Shown here piece by piece: positions 46,270 through 57,963 of a stretch of 64,000 nt of DNA. The stretch's first letter is position 1. The number at the start of each line of letters is the position of its first letter. The notes beneath the pieces were generated by a model. It searched no databases, had not been told where the DNA came from, and saw only the letters and a list, made by a program, of their open reading frames with translations. A program made the position numbers and the translations under genes. Source of the stretch: Candidatus Lustribacter sp. (GTDB lineage Bacteria > Vulcanimicrobiota > Vulcanimicrobiia > Vulcanimicrobiales > Vulcanimicrobiaceae); the NCBI GenBank assembly GCA_965277805.1, contig OZ255842.1:4992001-5056000 (forward strand), in the 5' to 3' direction.

Positions 46270-47465
46270 ACGTCGAGGTCATCACCGAACCGGCCGCCCT
46301 CACCGCCCTATGCGAGCGCATTGCCGCCGCCCCGCGGATCGGGCTCGACACCGAATTCCATACCGAGAAACACTTCACGCCCAAATTGATGGTCGTGCAA
46401 GTCGCCTTCAATGATGCGGTCGCGATCGTCGATCCGCTGGCGCTGCCCGATCTGCGCCCGCTGGCCGATGCATTGACCGGCGCAACCGTCGTCGGCCACG
46501 CGCTCTCGAGCGACTTGCGCATTCTCGAAGACGCGTTTCAAACGTTGCCGCGCGACGCATACGACACGCAGGTCGCGGCGGCATTTTGCGGCTACGGCAT
46601 GTCGATTTCGCTGCTGGATCTCGTGCGCGACGTCGCCGGCGTAACGCTGTTGAAGTCGCAAACGGTCAGCGATTGGAGTACGCGTCCGTTCACGCCGCGC
46701 CAAGTCGACTACCTCGTCGACGACGTGCGCTACCTCTTCGCCGTTGCGGATAAGCTCAACGAAAAACTGGCGGCGCGCGGCCGCCAAACGTGGGCGCTCG
46801 AAGAGATGCGCACGCTGGTCGATCCGCGCACGTACCGTTCCGACAAGCGGCGGCTGTACTTGCGCGTCGCCGGAAACGCGCGCATGAACCGCCGCGAACT
46901 CGGCGTGCTCAACGAGCTGGCGCTGTTGCGCGAAGCGATCGCGCGCGAGCGCAACATCCCGCTGAAGTACGTGCTGCCCGACGACGTATTGGTGGGCCTC
47001 GTCGGTCTGCGGCCCACCACGATCGAGGAGTTGAGCCAGTTGCGACGGCTCGATGCCGGCATGCGCAAGCATATCGGGACGCGCATCCTCGCCGCCGTCG
47101 CGGCGGGTGAGGCCATTCCCGAAGACGAGCTGCCGCCGCGCGCGCCCCGGCCGCTCGGGGCTCAGCGCGATGCCCTGGTGGCCGCCATCGCCCTCCTGAT
47201 CAACGCCGTCGCGGCGGCCAACGACCTGCCGGCGGCGATGCTCGTCTCCCGGGCCGAGATCGAGCGGATCGCGCGCGACCTCCCGCAGTCGCCGGACGAG
47301 CTCACGGCCCTCTTGAACCTCACCCCCTGGCGGCGCGATCTGGTCGTCGGGCCCCTGTGGGAGTTCCTGGGCGGGGAGCGCCAGCTGCGGGTCAGCGGCT
47401 ACCGTGACGGGCTGCCGAAGACCACGTGGGAAACCCGGCTCGAGGAGAGCCTGGCGTCGGAGTAG
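46266..47465 (+). CDS. rnd: Ribonuclease D (DEDDy exonuclease + HRDC)
   Basis: GLDTEF, VGHA...D, DTQVAA, SDWSTRP....Y..DDV, RE..A..RN.P. Confidence 0.9.
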   Translation: MNVEVITEPAALTALCERIAAAPRIGLDTEFHTEKHFTPKLMVVQVAFNDAVAIVDPLALPDLRPLADALTGATVVGHALSSDLRILEDAFQTLPRDAYDTQVAAAFCGYGMSISLLDLVRDVAGVTLLKSQTVSDWSTRPFTPRQVDYLVDDVRYLFAVADKLNEKLAARGRQTWALEEMRTLVDPRTYRSDKRRLYLRVAGNARMNRRELGVLNELALLREAIARERNIPLKYVLPDDVLVGLVGLRPTTIEELSQLRRLDAGMRKHIGTRILAAVAAGEAIPEDELPPRAPRPLGAQRDALVAAIALLINAVAAANDLPAAMLVSRAEIERIARDLPQSPDELTALLNLTPWRRDLVVGPLWEFLGGERQLRVSGYRDGLPKTTWETRLEESLASE

Positions 47466-47496
47466 CCCCCACAACATGCGGCGAAGGCAGGTCAAT

Positions 47497-50274
47497 GTGA
47501 ACACGCCTGCCCACCCCAACTCATTCGGCGCCCGCGACACCCTGCGCGTCGGCGATCGCAGCTACACCTATTTCCGCCTCGATGCGCTCGCCGCTAAAGG
47601 CTACGATCTCGCGACCTTGCCGTTTTCGTTCAAGGTTCTGCTCGAGAACTTACTGCGCTTCGAAGACGCCCGATCCGTCACCGCCGCCGACGTCGCGGCC
47701 CTGGCCGGCTGGAAGCCCGGCTCGACCGAAGACAAAGAGATTGCCTATCGCCCGGCCCGCGTGCTGCTGCAAGACTTCACCGGGGTTCCTTGTGTTGTCG
47801 ACCTGGCAGCCATGCGCGACGCGATCGCCGAGATGGGCGGCAAGCCGTCGAAGATCAACCCGCTGCAGCCGGTCGAGATCGTCATCGATCACTCGGTGCA
47901 AGTCGACTCGTTCGGCACCGCGGGTTCCTTCGAAGCCAACGCCAAGCTCGAGTTCGAACGCAACGGCGAGCGCTACGGCTTCCTCAAGTGGGGCCAGAAC
48001 GCGCTGGACGATTTCCGCGCGGTGCCGCCCGATACCGGGATCGTGCATCAGGTCAACATCGAGTATCTCTCGCGCATCATCTTCGGAGCCGGCGGCGCGG
48101 GTGAACCGCATCCGACCGAGGCATCGCCGATGGCCTATCCGGACTCGGTTGTCGGGACCGACTCACACACCCCGATGGCCAACGGTGTCGGCGTACTCGC
48201 CTGGGGCGTCGGCGGTATCGAGGCCGAAGCTGCGATGCTCGGGCAGCCGGTAACGATGCTGATTCCCGAAGTGATCGGTTTCCGGCTGAACGGAAAATTG
48301 CGCGAAGGCATCACCGCGACCGACCTCGTGCTGCAGATCACGCAAATGCTGCGCAAGAAGGGCGTCGTCGGAAAATTCGTCGAGTTTTACGGACAGGGAC
48401 TGTCGAATTTGCCGGTGGCCGTCCGCACGACGATCGGCAACATGTCGCCGGAATACGGCTCGACGATCTCGATCTTCCCGATCGACGAACAAACGCTCAC
48501 GTATCTGCGCCTCACCGGCCGCAGTGCCGAACAGATCGCGCTGGTCGAGGCCTACGCCAAAGCGCAGGGCATGTTCCGCACCGACGCCTCGCCCGAACCG
48601 CGTTTCACCGACACCCTCGAACTCGATCTCTCGATCGTCGAACCGAATCTCTCCGGCCCGCGCTTGCCGCAGCAGCGCGTTCCGTTACGTGACGGCGGCA
48701 AATCGTTCGAGGCCGCGCTCAAGGAATGGCGTTCGGCAGCGACCGTTGCGCCGGCCGCGGTCGCACGGCTCGAAAATGAAGGCGGCGGCGGAACGGCCGT
48801 CGCGGCGGAAGTTGCGGTCGAAGAACACTCGCCGTCCTCCAAGCATGCGGACGAACTGCGCGATGGTTCGGTCGTGATCGCGGCGATCACGTCGTGCACG
48901 AACACCTCGAACCCGGCGGTCCTGATCGGCGCCGGTCTCTTAGCGAAAAAAGCCGTAGAAAAAGGCCTCAAACGCAAGCCGTGGGTGAAAACCTCGCTCG
49001 CACCCGGTTCAAAAGTCGTCACCGATTATCTGCTCAAGGCCGGTTTGACGCAGTATCTCGATGCGCTCGGCTTCAATCTCGTTGGTTACGGCTGCACGAC
49101 CTGCATCGGCAACAGCGGACCGCTGCCCGATGACGTCGCCGAAAAGGTGCAAGCGGAAGAATTGATCGTCGCTGCGGTGCTCTCCGGTAATCGCAACTTC
49201 GATGGCCGCATCCATCCGCAAGTGCAGGCAAACTACATCGCCTCGCCGCCGCTCGTCGTCGCATATGCACTGGCCGGCTGCATGGACATCGATATCACGA
49301 CCTACTCGCTCGGCAAAGATCAAGCGGGCAACGATGTGTTCCTCAAAGACATCTGGCCCACCGATGCCGAGATCGAGGCCGTGACCGCGGCGTCGCTCAC
49401 CGAAAAACTCTTCCGCGACCGCTATGCCGACGTGTTCGCCGGCGACGAGCGCTGGAGCAATTTGCCGGCGCCGTCGGGCGAACGTTTCGCCTGGGATCCG
49501 AAGAGCGAGTACATCAAACGCCCGCCGTATTTCGACGGCATGCCCAAACAGCCGGCGCCGCTCCAAGACATCAAGGGCGCGCGTGTGCTGGCGGTACTCG
49601 GCGATTCGGTGACCACCGATCACATCTCGCCGGCCGGCGACATCGCGAAGACCTCACCCGCCGCGAAATATCTGCTCGAGCACGGCGTACAGACCAGCGA
49701 CTTCAATTCCTACGGCGCGCGGCGCGGCAATCACGAAGTCATGGTCCGCGGCACGTTTGCCAACACCCGGCTGCGCAACATGCTGGTACCCGGGGTGTCG
49801 GGCGGCATGACGCGGTTCTTGCCGACGGGCGAGCAGATGTCGATCTTCGATGCCTCGGAGTTGTATCGCAAAGCGGGTACGCCGCTGATCATTCTCGCCG
49901 GCCAAGAGTACGGCTCGGGTTCGTCGCGCGACTGGGCGGCGAAGGGCCCGATGCTGCTCGGCGTGCGCGCGGTGATCGCGGAATCGTTCGAACGCATTCA
50001 CCGGTCCAACCTGATCGGCATGGGCATTCTGCCGATCGAGTTCCAGCCTGGTGAGAAGATCGCCACCCACGGTCTCACGGGTGAGGAGACGTTTGCGATC
50101 ACCGGTATCGCGGCCGAACTGCGTCCGCGCATGACGGTCGTCGTCACGGCAACCGGCGCCGACGGCAAAGCGATCTCGTTCAATGGCGTCGTGCGTATCG
50201 ACACGCCGGATGAAGCCGACTACTACCGGCATGGTGGGATCCTCCAGTACGTACTGCGTCAACTTGCAACGTGA
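47497..50274 (+). CDS. acnA: Aconitate hydratase A
   Basis: [62 protein letters not shown]. Confidence 0.97.
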   Translation: MNTPAHPNSFGARDTLRVGDRSYTYFRLDALAAKGYDLATLPFSFKVLLENLLRFEDARSVTAADVAALAGWKPGSTEDKEIAYRPARVLLQDFTGVPCVVDLAAMRDAIAEMGGKPSKINPLQPVEIVIDHSVQVDSFGTAGSFEANAKLEFERNGERYGFLKWGQNALDDFRAVPPDTGIVHQVNIEYLSRIIFGAGGAGEPHPTEASPMAYPDSVVGTDSHTPMANGVGVLAWGVGGIEAEAAMLGQPVTMLIPEVIGFRLNGKLREGITATDLVLQITQMLRKKGVVGKFVEFYGQGLSNLPVAVRTTIGNMSPEYGSTISIFPIDEQTLTYLRLTGRSAEQIALVEAYAKAQGMFRTDASPEPRFTDTLELDLSIVEPNLSGPRLPQQRVPLRDGGKSFEAALKEWRSAATVAPAAVARLENEGGGGTAVAAEVAVEEHSPSSKHADELRDGSVVIAAITSCTNTSNPAVLIGAGLLAKKAVEKGLKRKPWVKTSLAPGSKVVTDYLLKAGLTQYLDALGFNLVGYGCTTCIGNSGPLPDDVAEKVQAEELIVAAVLSGNRNFDGRIHPQVQANYIASPPLVVAYALAGCMDIDITTYSLGKDQAGNDVFLKDIWPTDAEIEAVTAASLTEKLFRDRYADVFAGDERWSNLPAPSGERFAWDPKSEYIKRPPYFDGMPKQPAPLQDIKGARVLAVLGDSVTTDHISPAGDIAKTSPAAKYLLEHGVQTSDFNSYGARRGNHEVMVRGTFANTRLRNMLVPGVSGGMTRFLPTGEQMSIFDASELYRKAGTPLIILAGQEYGSGSSRDWAAKGPMLLGVRAVIAESFERIHRSNLIGMGILPIEFQPGEKIATHGLTGEETFAITGIAAELRPRMTVVVTATGADGKAISFNGVVRIDTPDEADYYRHGGILQYVLRQLAT

Positions 50275-50327
50275 AGAAAAAGAAAGCGGCGGCACTAGCT
50301 GCCGCTGCAGAAGGTAGAGTGTCACCC

Positions 50328-51584
50328 GTGGAGCTACCCCATCGCGTCGCCATCCTGGCCTTTGAGGGCCCCGACCGCTACGCGTCGATCGGCGGGTTGG
50401 GGACGCGCGTGTCGCAGATGGCCACCGCGCTCGGCGCGATCGGCTGCATCGTCGATCTGATCTTCGTCGGCGATCCGGCCGCGCAGGCCGTCGAGACCAA
50501 GGGTAACGTGACGTTGCGCCGCTGGTCGCAGTGGATCTCCGCCCACTTCCCGCGCAACGCCTACGACGGCGAGAGCGAAAAGATCGCCGACTGGGAATCG
50601 AGCCTGCCGGGCTTCATCGTCGATCAGATCGTCGTGCCGACGGCACAGTCGAACGAACGCACGCTGGTGATCTGCGAAGAGTGGCAAACGGCCGGCGTGG
50701 CCGTGGCGATCGATCAGCTGGCGCGGCTGCGCGGGGTGCGCAACGCGTTCACGCTGATTTGGAACGCCAACAACACCTACGGGTGGGAGCACGTCAACTT
50801 TCCGGCGCTGCAAGCGGCCGCGGCGATCACCGCCGTCAGCAAGTACATGAAGTTCGAGCTGGCGCGCGTCGGCGTGCCGTCGCTCGTGATTCCGAACGGC
50901 ATCGAGACGCGGCTGCTCAGCGGCGCGGATCCGAAGCTGTTGGCGGAGATGAAGCAGGCGCTGGCCGGGCGACCGACGCTGGTGAAAGTGGGCCGCTTCG
51001 ATCCCGACAAGAACTGGCTGCAGGCCATCGATGCGCTCGCCGAACTGCACGCCTCCGGAATCAACGCGCGCCTGATCGTGCGCGGCGGACGCGATGCGTA
51101 CGCCGACGTCGTGTTCGCGCGCGCGCACGAACGCGGGCTCAACGTCGAGCGCATCGGCTACGAAGGTTCCGACGGCCACAAGGTTATCGACGGCATCGCG
51201 CTCGCCGACGGGCCGATCGTACACTTGCGCGCGTTCCTCGACGATGCGACGCTCTACGCGCTCTATGCCGCGGCCGACGCCGTGCTGGCGAACAGCGGCA
51301 AGGAGCCGTTCGGTCTGGTCGGGCTCGAAGTGATGGCGGCCGGCGGCATCGCGGTATGCGGCGCAACCGGTGAAGAGTACGCGGAGCCGTTCGTCAACGC
51401 GATCGTCTGCGATACCTCGGACGGCCGTGAGCTTGCGACCTACCTGCGCGCGCTGTTCGCCAATCCCGGCATCGGTGACGAGATGCGCCGTGCGGGCGCC
51501 GAAACCGTCGGACGGTACACCTGGGGGCACGCGCTGGCGGCCCTCGAGCGAAAGATCGCTTACATTGACGACGTCATGAGCTGA
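50328..51584 (+). CDS. GT4-family glycosyltransferase
   Basis: GGLG, IPNG, VGR..P.K, EPFGLVGLE. Start GTG 50328 preferred over 50271 because a hairpin (50285-50306) and a -10-like TAGAGT lie between. Confidence 0.85.
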   Translation: MELPHRVAILAFEGPDRYASIGGLGTRVSQMATALGAIGCIVDLIFVGDPAAQAVETKGNVTLRRWSQWISAHFPRNAYDGESEKIADWESSLPGFIVDQIVVPTAQSNERTLVICEEWQTAGVAVAIDQLARLRGVRNAFTLIWNANNTYGWEHVNFPALQAAAAITAVSKYMKFELARVGVPSLVIPNGIETRLLSGADPKLLAEMKQALAGRPTLVKVGRFDPDKNWLQAIDALAELHASGINARLIVRGGRDAYADVVFARAHERGLNVERIGYEGSDGHKVIDGIALADGPIVHLRAFLDDATLYALYAAADAVLANSGKEPFGLVGLEVMAAGGIAVCGATGEEYAEPFVNAIVCDTSDGRELATYLRALFANPGIGDEMRRAGAETVGRYTWGHALAALERKIAYIDDVMS

Positions 51585-51598
51585 CGCCGGAGGATCGC

Positions 51599-52312
51599 TT
51601 GGCTAAACTCAAACCCCTGGCCGACGAACTGGTCGAAGACCTGCTGATCGGCAACAAGATCCTCTTCAAGTACGGCGTCGTCGACGCGTTCGGTCACCTC
51701 AGCGTGCGTCACGACAAAGATCCGGAAAAGTACGTGATGTCGCGGCACCTTGCGCCGGCGCTGGTCACCGAAAAGGATCTGCTGACCTACAACCTCGACA
51801 GCGAGCCGGTGCCGGCGACGAAGCATCGCCTCTACAGCGAGCGTTTCATTCACGGCGAGATCTACAAAGTGCGGCCCGACGTGCAGTCGATCGTGCACTG
51901 CCACGCGGCCGCGCTGATCCCGTTCGGGATCACGAAAGCCGAATTGCAGCCGGTCTATCACGTGAGCGCGTTCCTCGGCCGCGGCGTGCCGAAATTCGAC
52001 ATCCGCGATAAGGCCGGCATGACGAACATGCTGGTGCGCACGCCGCAACTCGGCCAGGATCTCGCGGCGTCGCTCGGCGACAAAGAGGTCGTGCTGATGC
52101 GCGGTCACGGCGCAACGATGGTCGCCGCGACGATCAAAGGCGCCGTTTATCGCGCGATGTACTCGATGTCGAACGCGCAGATTCAGCTCGAAGCGATGCG
52201 CCTGGGCGAAGTGACGTATCTCGCGCCCGAAGAAGCCGAACTCCACGCCGCCTACAGCGACGAGGTGGTGTTCCGGCCGTGGAACCTCTGGAAGCGCGAG
52301 GTCGAGGAATAG
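51599..52312 (+). CDS. Class II aldolase/adducin family protein
   Basis: FGHLSVR, ERFIH.EIY..RPDV..IVHCH, LMRGHG. Confidence 0.9.
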   Translation: MAKLKPLADELVEDLLIGNKILFKYGVVDAFGHLSVRHDKDPEKYVMSRHLAPALVTEKDLLTYNLDSEPVPATKHRLYSERFIHGEIYKVRPDVQSIVHCHAAALIPFGITKAELQPVYHVSAFLGRGVPKFDIRDKAGMTNMLVRTPQLGQDLAASLGDKEVVLMRGHGATMVAATIKGAVYRAMYSMSNAQIQLEAMRLGEVTYLAPEEAELHAAYSDEVVFRPWNLWKREVEE

Positions 52313-52315
52313 CGG

Positions 52316-53476
52316 ATGGAGCCGAACGCGCTCGAACCGCCCGCGCTGACCCCGCCCACGCCGGTCGCGGCGATCGCGCCGCAAGAGGCCGCCAATCGCG
52401 TGCCGCTGCCGGTCGAAGAAACGACGCGGCTCGACGGGCAAGTCGGTGAATTCATCGGCGACCTGACGACGCTCGATCCGCAGAGTCCCGCCTTCAAGAC
52501 GCGCGTCGATGCGATCCTCGGCCTCGGCGAAGGCGACATTCGCGCGTCGGCGAGCGTCGCAAATCGCATGCTCGAACGCCCGATGAACGCGATGAAGAAG
52601 GGCGTCTACGACGGCTCGTCGCCCGTTTCAAAAGCGCTCGGCGATCTGCGCAACACGGTCGAGTCGCTCGATCCGTCGAAGACGGGCGACCTGCTCTCGC
52701 CCCGCAAGCTGCTCGGCATCGTGCCGTTCGGCAACAAGCTCAAGGCCTATTTCGACGGCTACCGTTCGGCGCAGAACCACCTCAACGCGATCATCGAGAC
52801 GCTCTACCGCTCGAAAGACGAGCTGCAGCGCGACAACGCATCGATCGAACAAGAGAAGGCCGCGATGTGGGCGCTGATGCAGAAGCTCGAGGGCTTCGCC
52901 TATCTGGCGAAAAAGCTCGACGCCGAAATCGATTCGCGCCTGGCGGTGCTCGATACGAGCGATCCGGCGCGGGCCAAGATCTTGCGCGAAGACGTACAGT
53001 TCTACGCGCGCCAAAAAGTGCAAGACCTGCTCACCCAGATGGCGGTCAACGTGCAGGGCTACCTGGCACTCGATCTGATCAAGAAGAACAACATCGAGTT
53101 GATCAAGGGCGTCGAACGCGCGACCACGACGACGGTCTCCGCCTTGCGAACGGCGGTAGTCGTGGCGCAAGCGCTGGCCAACGAGAAGCTCGTGCTCAAC
53201 CAGATCGGCGCGCTGAACACGACGACCGGCAACATGATCGAATCGACGTCAGCGATGCTCAAGCAGCAGAGCGCGGGCGTGTACGAGCAGGCCGCATCGG
53301 CGACCATCGACGTCGACAAGCTCAAGGCCGCATTCAAGAACGTCTACGACGCGATGGATTCGGTCAGCACGTACAAGGCTGCGGCGCTGACGAGCATGCA
53401 GCAGACCGTCACCGCGCTCGAGGGCGAGGTGCAGACCGCTTCTGCCTACTTGGAGCGAACGAAGACCGACCGCTAA
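52316..53476 (+). CDS. Toxic anion (tellurite) resistance protein, TelA family
   Basis: Coiled-coil protein with L.DLR..VE.LDP, DEL.RDNA, NN.ELI.GV.RA..TT..AL. Confidence 0.85.
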   Translation: MEPNALEPPALTPPTPVAAIAPQEAANRVPLPVEETTRLDGQVGEFIGDLTTLDPQSPAFKTRVDAILGLGEGDIRASASVANRMLERPMNAMKKGVYDGSSPVSKALGDLRNTVESLDPSKTGDLLSPRKLLGIVPFGNKLKAYFDGYRSAQNHLNAIIETLYRSKDELQRDNASIEQEKAAMWALMQKLEGFAYLAKKLDAEIDSRLAVLDTSDPARAKILREDVQFYARQKVQDLLTQMAVNVQGYLALDLIKKNNIELIKGVERATTTTVSALRTAVVVAQALANEKLVLNQIGALNTTTGNMIESTSAMLKQQSAGVYEQAASATIDVDKLKAAFKNVYDAMDSVSTYKAAALTSMQQTVTALEGEVQTASAYLERTKTDR

Positions 53477-54786
53477 TGGACGCCGACGTTATCGTGATCG
53501 GTGCCGGCGCCGCGGGCCTTGCTGCCGCGCGCAGCTTGGCGCGCGCCTCGCTGCGTACGATCGTGCTCGAGGCCCGCGACCGCGTCGGCGGACGCGTACT
53601 CTCCGAGCCGACGGCGCGTGCGGTGTTGCCGGCCGAACTCGGCGCGGAGTTCATCCACGGTCCGGCGCCCGAGACGATGGCCCTTCTGCGCGAGATCGGG
53701 TTGGCCGCGATCGCCACCGGCGGCGAATCGTGGGTCGCCAACGACGCGGGCCTTCTCGAGCACGACGACCGTGACTTCGGTTCTTCTGCGGGGATTTTCG
53801 GCGGCGCCCGCGAGCTGGCGGAAGACGAAACGGTCGAGCGCTATCTGCGCCGGTTCGCGGAAGATCCGGTGCAGCGGCACGCGGCGAGCGAAGCCCTGAT
53901 GTTTGCCGAGGGCTTCGATGCGGTCGATCCCACGATCGCGAGCGTGCGCGGGATCGCCGATGAATGGGGCTCCGGCGTCGACGCGACGAGCGCGCGGCCG
54001 ATCGGCGGCTATCCGCCGATATTCGAGCATCTGCTCGAGCTCTGCGTCGATGCCGGCGTGGATATCAGGTTGGAGTGCATCGTGGAACGCGTATCGTGGC
54101 GTCGCGGCGCAGTCACCGTCGAGGCGGGTGACGCATCCGGCGATGCCGTCACGCTGCAGGCACGTGCGGTGATCGTAACGCTGCCGGCGGGCGTGCTGAA
54201 CGATCCGGCCGGCGTTGCATTCGAGCCCGCTCTTCCGGGCCCCAAGCGCGACGCGCTGGCGAAGCTGCCGATGGGCGAGGTCGTGAAGGTCGTGCTCGAA
54301 TTCCGCACGGCGTTCTGGGAACGGCTGCGCGACGGACAGTTTGCCGAGACGTCGTTCTTTCGTCCGTACGGTTCGGCGTTCGCGGCGTACTGGGTGCAGT
54401 ATCCGGTCCACGGCGAGATCGTGTGCGCGTGGGCGGGCGGACCGAGGGCGATCGCGATGCGCGATCTTTCGGCAGCGGATCGCATCGAGCGCGCGCTGCA
54501 CGGGTTCGGGACGCTCTTCGATGAGCCCGCGACGCTGCGGTCGGAGTTCGTGCGCGGGTACGTGCACGATTGGCTGCACGACCCCTTCGCCCGCGGCGCC
54601 TACACGTATCTCGCCGTGGGCGGCGGCGACGCGCGCGTCGTGCTTTCCGCGCCGGTCGACGATACGCTGTTCTTCGCCGGTGAAGCGTGCGCGAACGACG
54701 GCCAAGGCGGGACGGTCAACGGCGCGCTCGAAACGGGGGAACGTGCCGCCCGCGAAGCGGCAGCAGCGCTGAACGGAGCGCGATGA
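53476..54786 (+). CDS. Flavin monoamine oxidase family protein
   Basis: VIGAGAAGL, LEARDRVGGR, ELGAEFIHG, W..DP...GAY, FFAGEA, GTV.GA..TG; TAATG overlap with telA. Confidence 0.9.
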   Translation: MDADVIVIGAGAAGLAAARSLARASLRTIVLEARDRVGGRVLSEPTARAVLPAELGAEFIHGPAPETMALLREIGLAAIATGGESWVANDAGLLEHDDRDFGSSAGIFGGARELAEDETVERYLRRFAEDPVQRHAASEALMFAEGFDAVDPTIASVRGIADEWGSGVDATSARPIGGYPPIFEHLLELCVDAGVDIRLECIVERVSWRRGAVTVEAGDASGDAVTLQARAVIVTLPAGVLNDPAGVAFEPALPGPKRDALAKLPMGEVVKVVLEFRTAFWERLRDGQFAETSFFRPYGSAFAAYWVQYPVHGEIVCAWAGGPRAIAMRDLSAADRIERALHGFGTLFDEPATLRSEFVRGYVHDWLHDPFARGAYTYLAVGGGDARVVLSAPVDDTLFFAGEACANDGQGGTVNGALETGERAAREAAAALNGAR

Positions 54787-55346
54787 TGCACGAGAGCGCA
54801 GCGTCGATGCTGAGCACGTGGGCGAACTTCTACGTGATGATCGGTGGTGCCGCGGCCGCGCTGACCGGCTTGATGTTCGTCGTGATCACGCTGGTCTCGG
54901 GCGTCGAACGCACGCTCCCGAGCCACGACGGCATCGGCACGTTCAGCACGCCGACCGTGCTGTATTTTTGCACCGCCCTCGTCATCGCGGCGACGTTCTG
55001 CGCACCGTGGCACGAACTGCTCGTTCCGGGCATCCTCACGGCCCTCGCCGGCTTCGTCGGGAGCTGCTACGTGGTGCGCACGATGCAACGCGCGACCCGC
55101 CTTCAGAGCTACAAACCGGATCTCGAAGACTGGACCTGGTTCTGGTGCTTGCCGTTCGTCGCGTTCGCAACGCTGCTGGCTGCAGGCATCGAGCTGCCGC
55201 ACAAAGCGCACCCCTCGCTCTTCGCCATCGGCGCCGCCGTCGTGCTGCTGATCTTCATCGGCATCCGCAACTCCTGGGACGTCGTAACCTACCTCGCCAT
55301 CAGCTCCATCGAAGAAGAAAACAAAACCGGCTCCGCCGACAGCTAG
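54783..55346 (+). CDS. Hypothetical multi-pass membrane protein
   Basis: W.NFY...GGAAAALTGL.FV..., about 5-6 TM segments; ATGA overlap with the upstream gene. Confidence 0.75.
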   Translation: MMHESAASMLSTWANFYVMIGGAAAALTGLMFVVITLVSGVERTLPSHDGIGTFSTPTVLYFCTALVIAATFCAPWHELLVPGILTALAGFVGSCYVVRTMQRATRLQSYKPDLEDWTWFWCLPFVAFATLLAAGIELPHKAHPSLFAIGAAVVLLIFIGIRNSWDVVTYLAISSIEEENKTGSADS

Positions 55347-55421
55347 AATTCGGCCGTAGGGCCGAGGCGTCTTCTTCCCTAGATTAATACGAATTCAGAG
55401 AACACTGCGTCGCGCGGTTCG

Positions 55422-57929
55422 TTAGCCGGTTGCGATTAGGTGCATGATGTGGTTGGCCATGTTTACGGCGGTGCCCTCAGCGCTTTCGTCGCTCGTGCTT
55501 TCGGCGATGACGTTGACGGCGGCTTCCGAGGCGTCGGGGAGGACGAGGACCCAGCCGCCGTTTTCCGAGATGCGGATGCCGTCGATCATTTGGACGTTGT
55601 TGCCGTTGCGCGACTCGTCGTGGAGCGCGCGCATGACGAGGCCCTTGCGATCCCACGGGCAGGGCACCGCGCGGCTTGCCATGTGCCAGCGCGGTAATTG
55701 GTCGACGAGTTCGCTCGCGCGCTGGTGCTCGGAGGCGAGCAGTTCCATCACTTTCGCCGCGCCGTAGAGGCCGTCGAAGGCGGGCTGGAATTCCGGGAAG
55801 ATCAGCTCGTAGTCGGCGCCGCCGGCGAACGCGAGCGTTTTTCCGTCTTGTTCGGCCAGTGCCATCAGCGAACGGCGGTCGCTGCGCGTGCGCACGATCG
55901 TGGCGCCGTTCTGTTCGGCGATGCGTTCGACGGCATCCGGCACGGTCACCGGCATCGCGATGCGCGCGCCCGGCGTCGCGCGTGCGATCAGCAGCGTGAG
56001 CAACGCGAAGAGCCGGTTGCGGCCGACGATGCGGCCGCGGTCGTCGACCAGCGTGAACGTCTCGCCGTCGGCGTCGATCAGCAGGCCGAGATCTGCCTCG
56101 AGCGAGGTGACGACGGTGGCGAGTTGTTCGAGGTGGCGTTCGCGGTCGTCGCGGAAATTGCGCGCGCGCTGCGCGTCGAAGTACGCGTTGAGCGAGATCT
56201 GGTCGACCCCGAGGCCGCCGAGCAGCTGCGGCAGCACGATCGACGCGTTGCCCCACGCGTAGTCGATCACGACCTTGAAGCCGGCTTCCTTGACCGCGTG
56301 CGCGGAAAGCGCTTCGAGAAACGCGCCCGTGTAGCGTTCGAGCATGCGCGAGGGAAAATCGAGCAGCCCGACGTCGTCCATTCCGGTGCGCCGGAAGTCT
56401 TCGCGAAAGAATAGGTTTTCGATCTTGCGCTCGGTGCCCTTATCGGTCGTGATTCCTTGCGAGTCGAAGAACTCCATGATCAACGCGTTGGGATCGTTGG
56501 GCGCGACGCGGATGTGCACGCCGCCGTCGCCGCCGATGCGTACGGCGTAGCGGGCCAGCGGCAGCGGGTAGGAGCGCAGGTCGAGCACGTGGATGCCGAC
56601 GCTGAGCAGACCCGAGATCACGCAGCGGTTCATCACGCGCGTGGCCGGATGGGTATCGCGGCTCGTCATCACCGATTGGCCCGGCTTCAGATACGAGCCG
56701 AACGCCTGGCCGAGCTTGAGCGCGAACTCGGGCGTGAACTCGAGGTTCGCGAGACCGCTGATGCCGACCGAACCGAACAGCGAACCCGGCCACTTCTGGC
56801 CGTAGATCAGCGACATCGATACGATCGAACCCGAGGTGACCCACTTGTCGGGCCACAGCTTCAGGTTGGCGTTGACGATCGCGTTGGAACCGATCGTGCA
56901 GCCGCGGCCGATGACCGTCGATTCGCTGATCGTGGCGTTGCGTTCGATCGTGTTGCGGTCCGCGACGGTGCAGTCGCGGATCGCCGCGTCCTCGCCGACG
57001 TAACAGTCTTCCCACAGCACGCCGTGTTCGATGCGCGCGCCGCGCTCGATGATCGAGCCGTTGCCGATCGTCGTCGGGCCGACGATCTCGACGCCGCCTG
57101 CAATGCGCACGTGATCGCCGAGCACGATCGGCCCATGCAGCTTGGCCGACGGATCGATGCGGCAGCCCTCACCGGCGAGGACGCCGGGCGCAATCTCGGT
57201 GCCGAGCGAGTCGAGGTGCACCTTGCCCTCGAGCGCGTCGTAGTTGGCCTGCTGATACTGCTCGAGGTTGCCGATATCGGTCCAGTACGCGTCGATGATG
57301 TACCCGCCGAGCTTCGCGCCGTCGCGCAGCATCTCGGGGAAGAGATCCTTGGAGAAGTCGTAGTTGCGCCCACGGATCATGCGCTCGAGAATGCCCGGCT
57401 CGAGCACGTAGATGCCGGTGTTGATCGTGTCGGAGAACACCTCGCCCCACGACGGCTTCTCGAGGAAACGCGTGATGCGGCCGCTTTCGTCGGTGACGAC
57501 GACGCCGAATTCCAGCGGGTTCGTCACGCGCTGCAGGGCGATGGTGACGTCGTTCTGTTCGCGTTTGTGGTGTTCGATCAGCGCGGTCAAATCGATGTCG
57601 GTGAGGGCGTCGCCCGAGATAACGATGAACGTTTCGCCGGCCAGCAGCTTGTCGGCCATCTTCACCGCACCGGCGGTGCCGAGCGGGGTGTCCTCGACGA
57701 CGTATTCCATCGTCACGCCGAAGTCGGCGCCGCTGTCGAAGTACGATTCGACTTCGTCGGCGAGATAATGCAACGTGGCGACGATCTCGGTGATCCCGTG
57801 CCGTCGCAGTAAGGCGATGATATGCTCCATCACCGGTTTACCGGCGACCGGTGCGAGCGGCTTCGGCCGGCGTGAGGTGAGGGGGCGTAAACGCGATCCC
57901 TCTCCCCCGGCCATCAGAACGCCTTTCAT
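55422..57929 (-). CDS. Sugar-1-phosphate nucleotidyltransferase (GDP-mannose pyrophosphorylase-like) fused to a phosphohexomutase-like domain
   Basis: MAGGEGSRLRPLT..RPKP, PLGTAG, FLEKP, INTGIY, hexapeptide repeats, then PGM/PMM domains (LFG..G, DADGE, DG.R). Confidence 0.9.
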   Translation of the reverse strand: MKGVLMAGGEGSRLRPLTSRRPKPLAPVAGKPVMEHIIALLRRHGITEIVATLHYLADEVESYFDSGADFGVTMEYVVEDTPLGTAGAVKMADKLLAGETFIVISGDALTDIDLTALIEHHKREQNDVTIALQRVTNPLEFGVVVTDESGRITRFLEKPSWGEVFSDTINTGIYVLEPGILERMIRGRNYDFSKDLFPEMLRDGAKLGGYIIDAYWTDIGNLEQYQQANYDALEGKVHLDSLGTEIAPGVLAGEGCRIDPSAKLHGPIVLGDHVRIAGGVEIVGPTTIGNGSIIERGARIEHGVLWEDCYVGEDAAIRDCTVADRNTIERNATISESTVIGRGCTIGSNAIVNANLKLWPDKWVTSGSIVSMSLIYGQKWPGSLFGSVGISGLANLEFTPEFALKLGQAFGSYLKPGQSVMTSRDTHPATRVMNRCVISGLLSVGIHVLDLRSYPLPLARYAVRIGGDGGVHIRVAPNDPNALIMEFFDSQGITTDKGTERKIENLFFREDFRRTGMDDVGLLDFPSRMLERYTGAFLEALSAHAVKEAGFKVVIDYAWGNASIVLPQLLGGLGVDQISLNAYFDAQRARNFRDDRERHLEQLATVVTSLEADLGLLIDADGETFTLVDDRGRIVGRNRLFALLTLLIARATPGARIAMPVTVPDAVERIAEQNGATIVRTRSDRRSLMALAEQDGKTLAFAGGADYELIFPEFQPAFDGLYGAAKVMELLASEHQRASELVDQLPRWHMASRAVPCPWDRKGLVMRALHDESRNGNNVQMIDGIRISENGGWVLVLPDASEAAVNVIAESTSDESAEGTAVNMANHIMHLIATG

Positions 57930-57963
57930 GCTGCCTCCACCTCCGGATTTGCCCCCACCAACT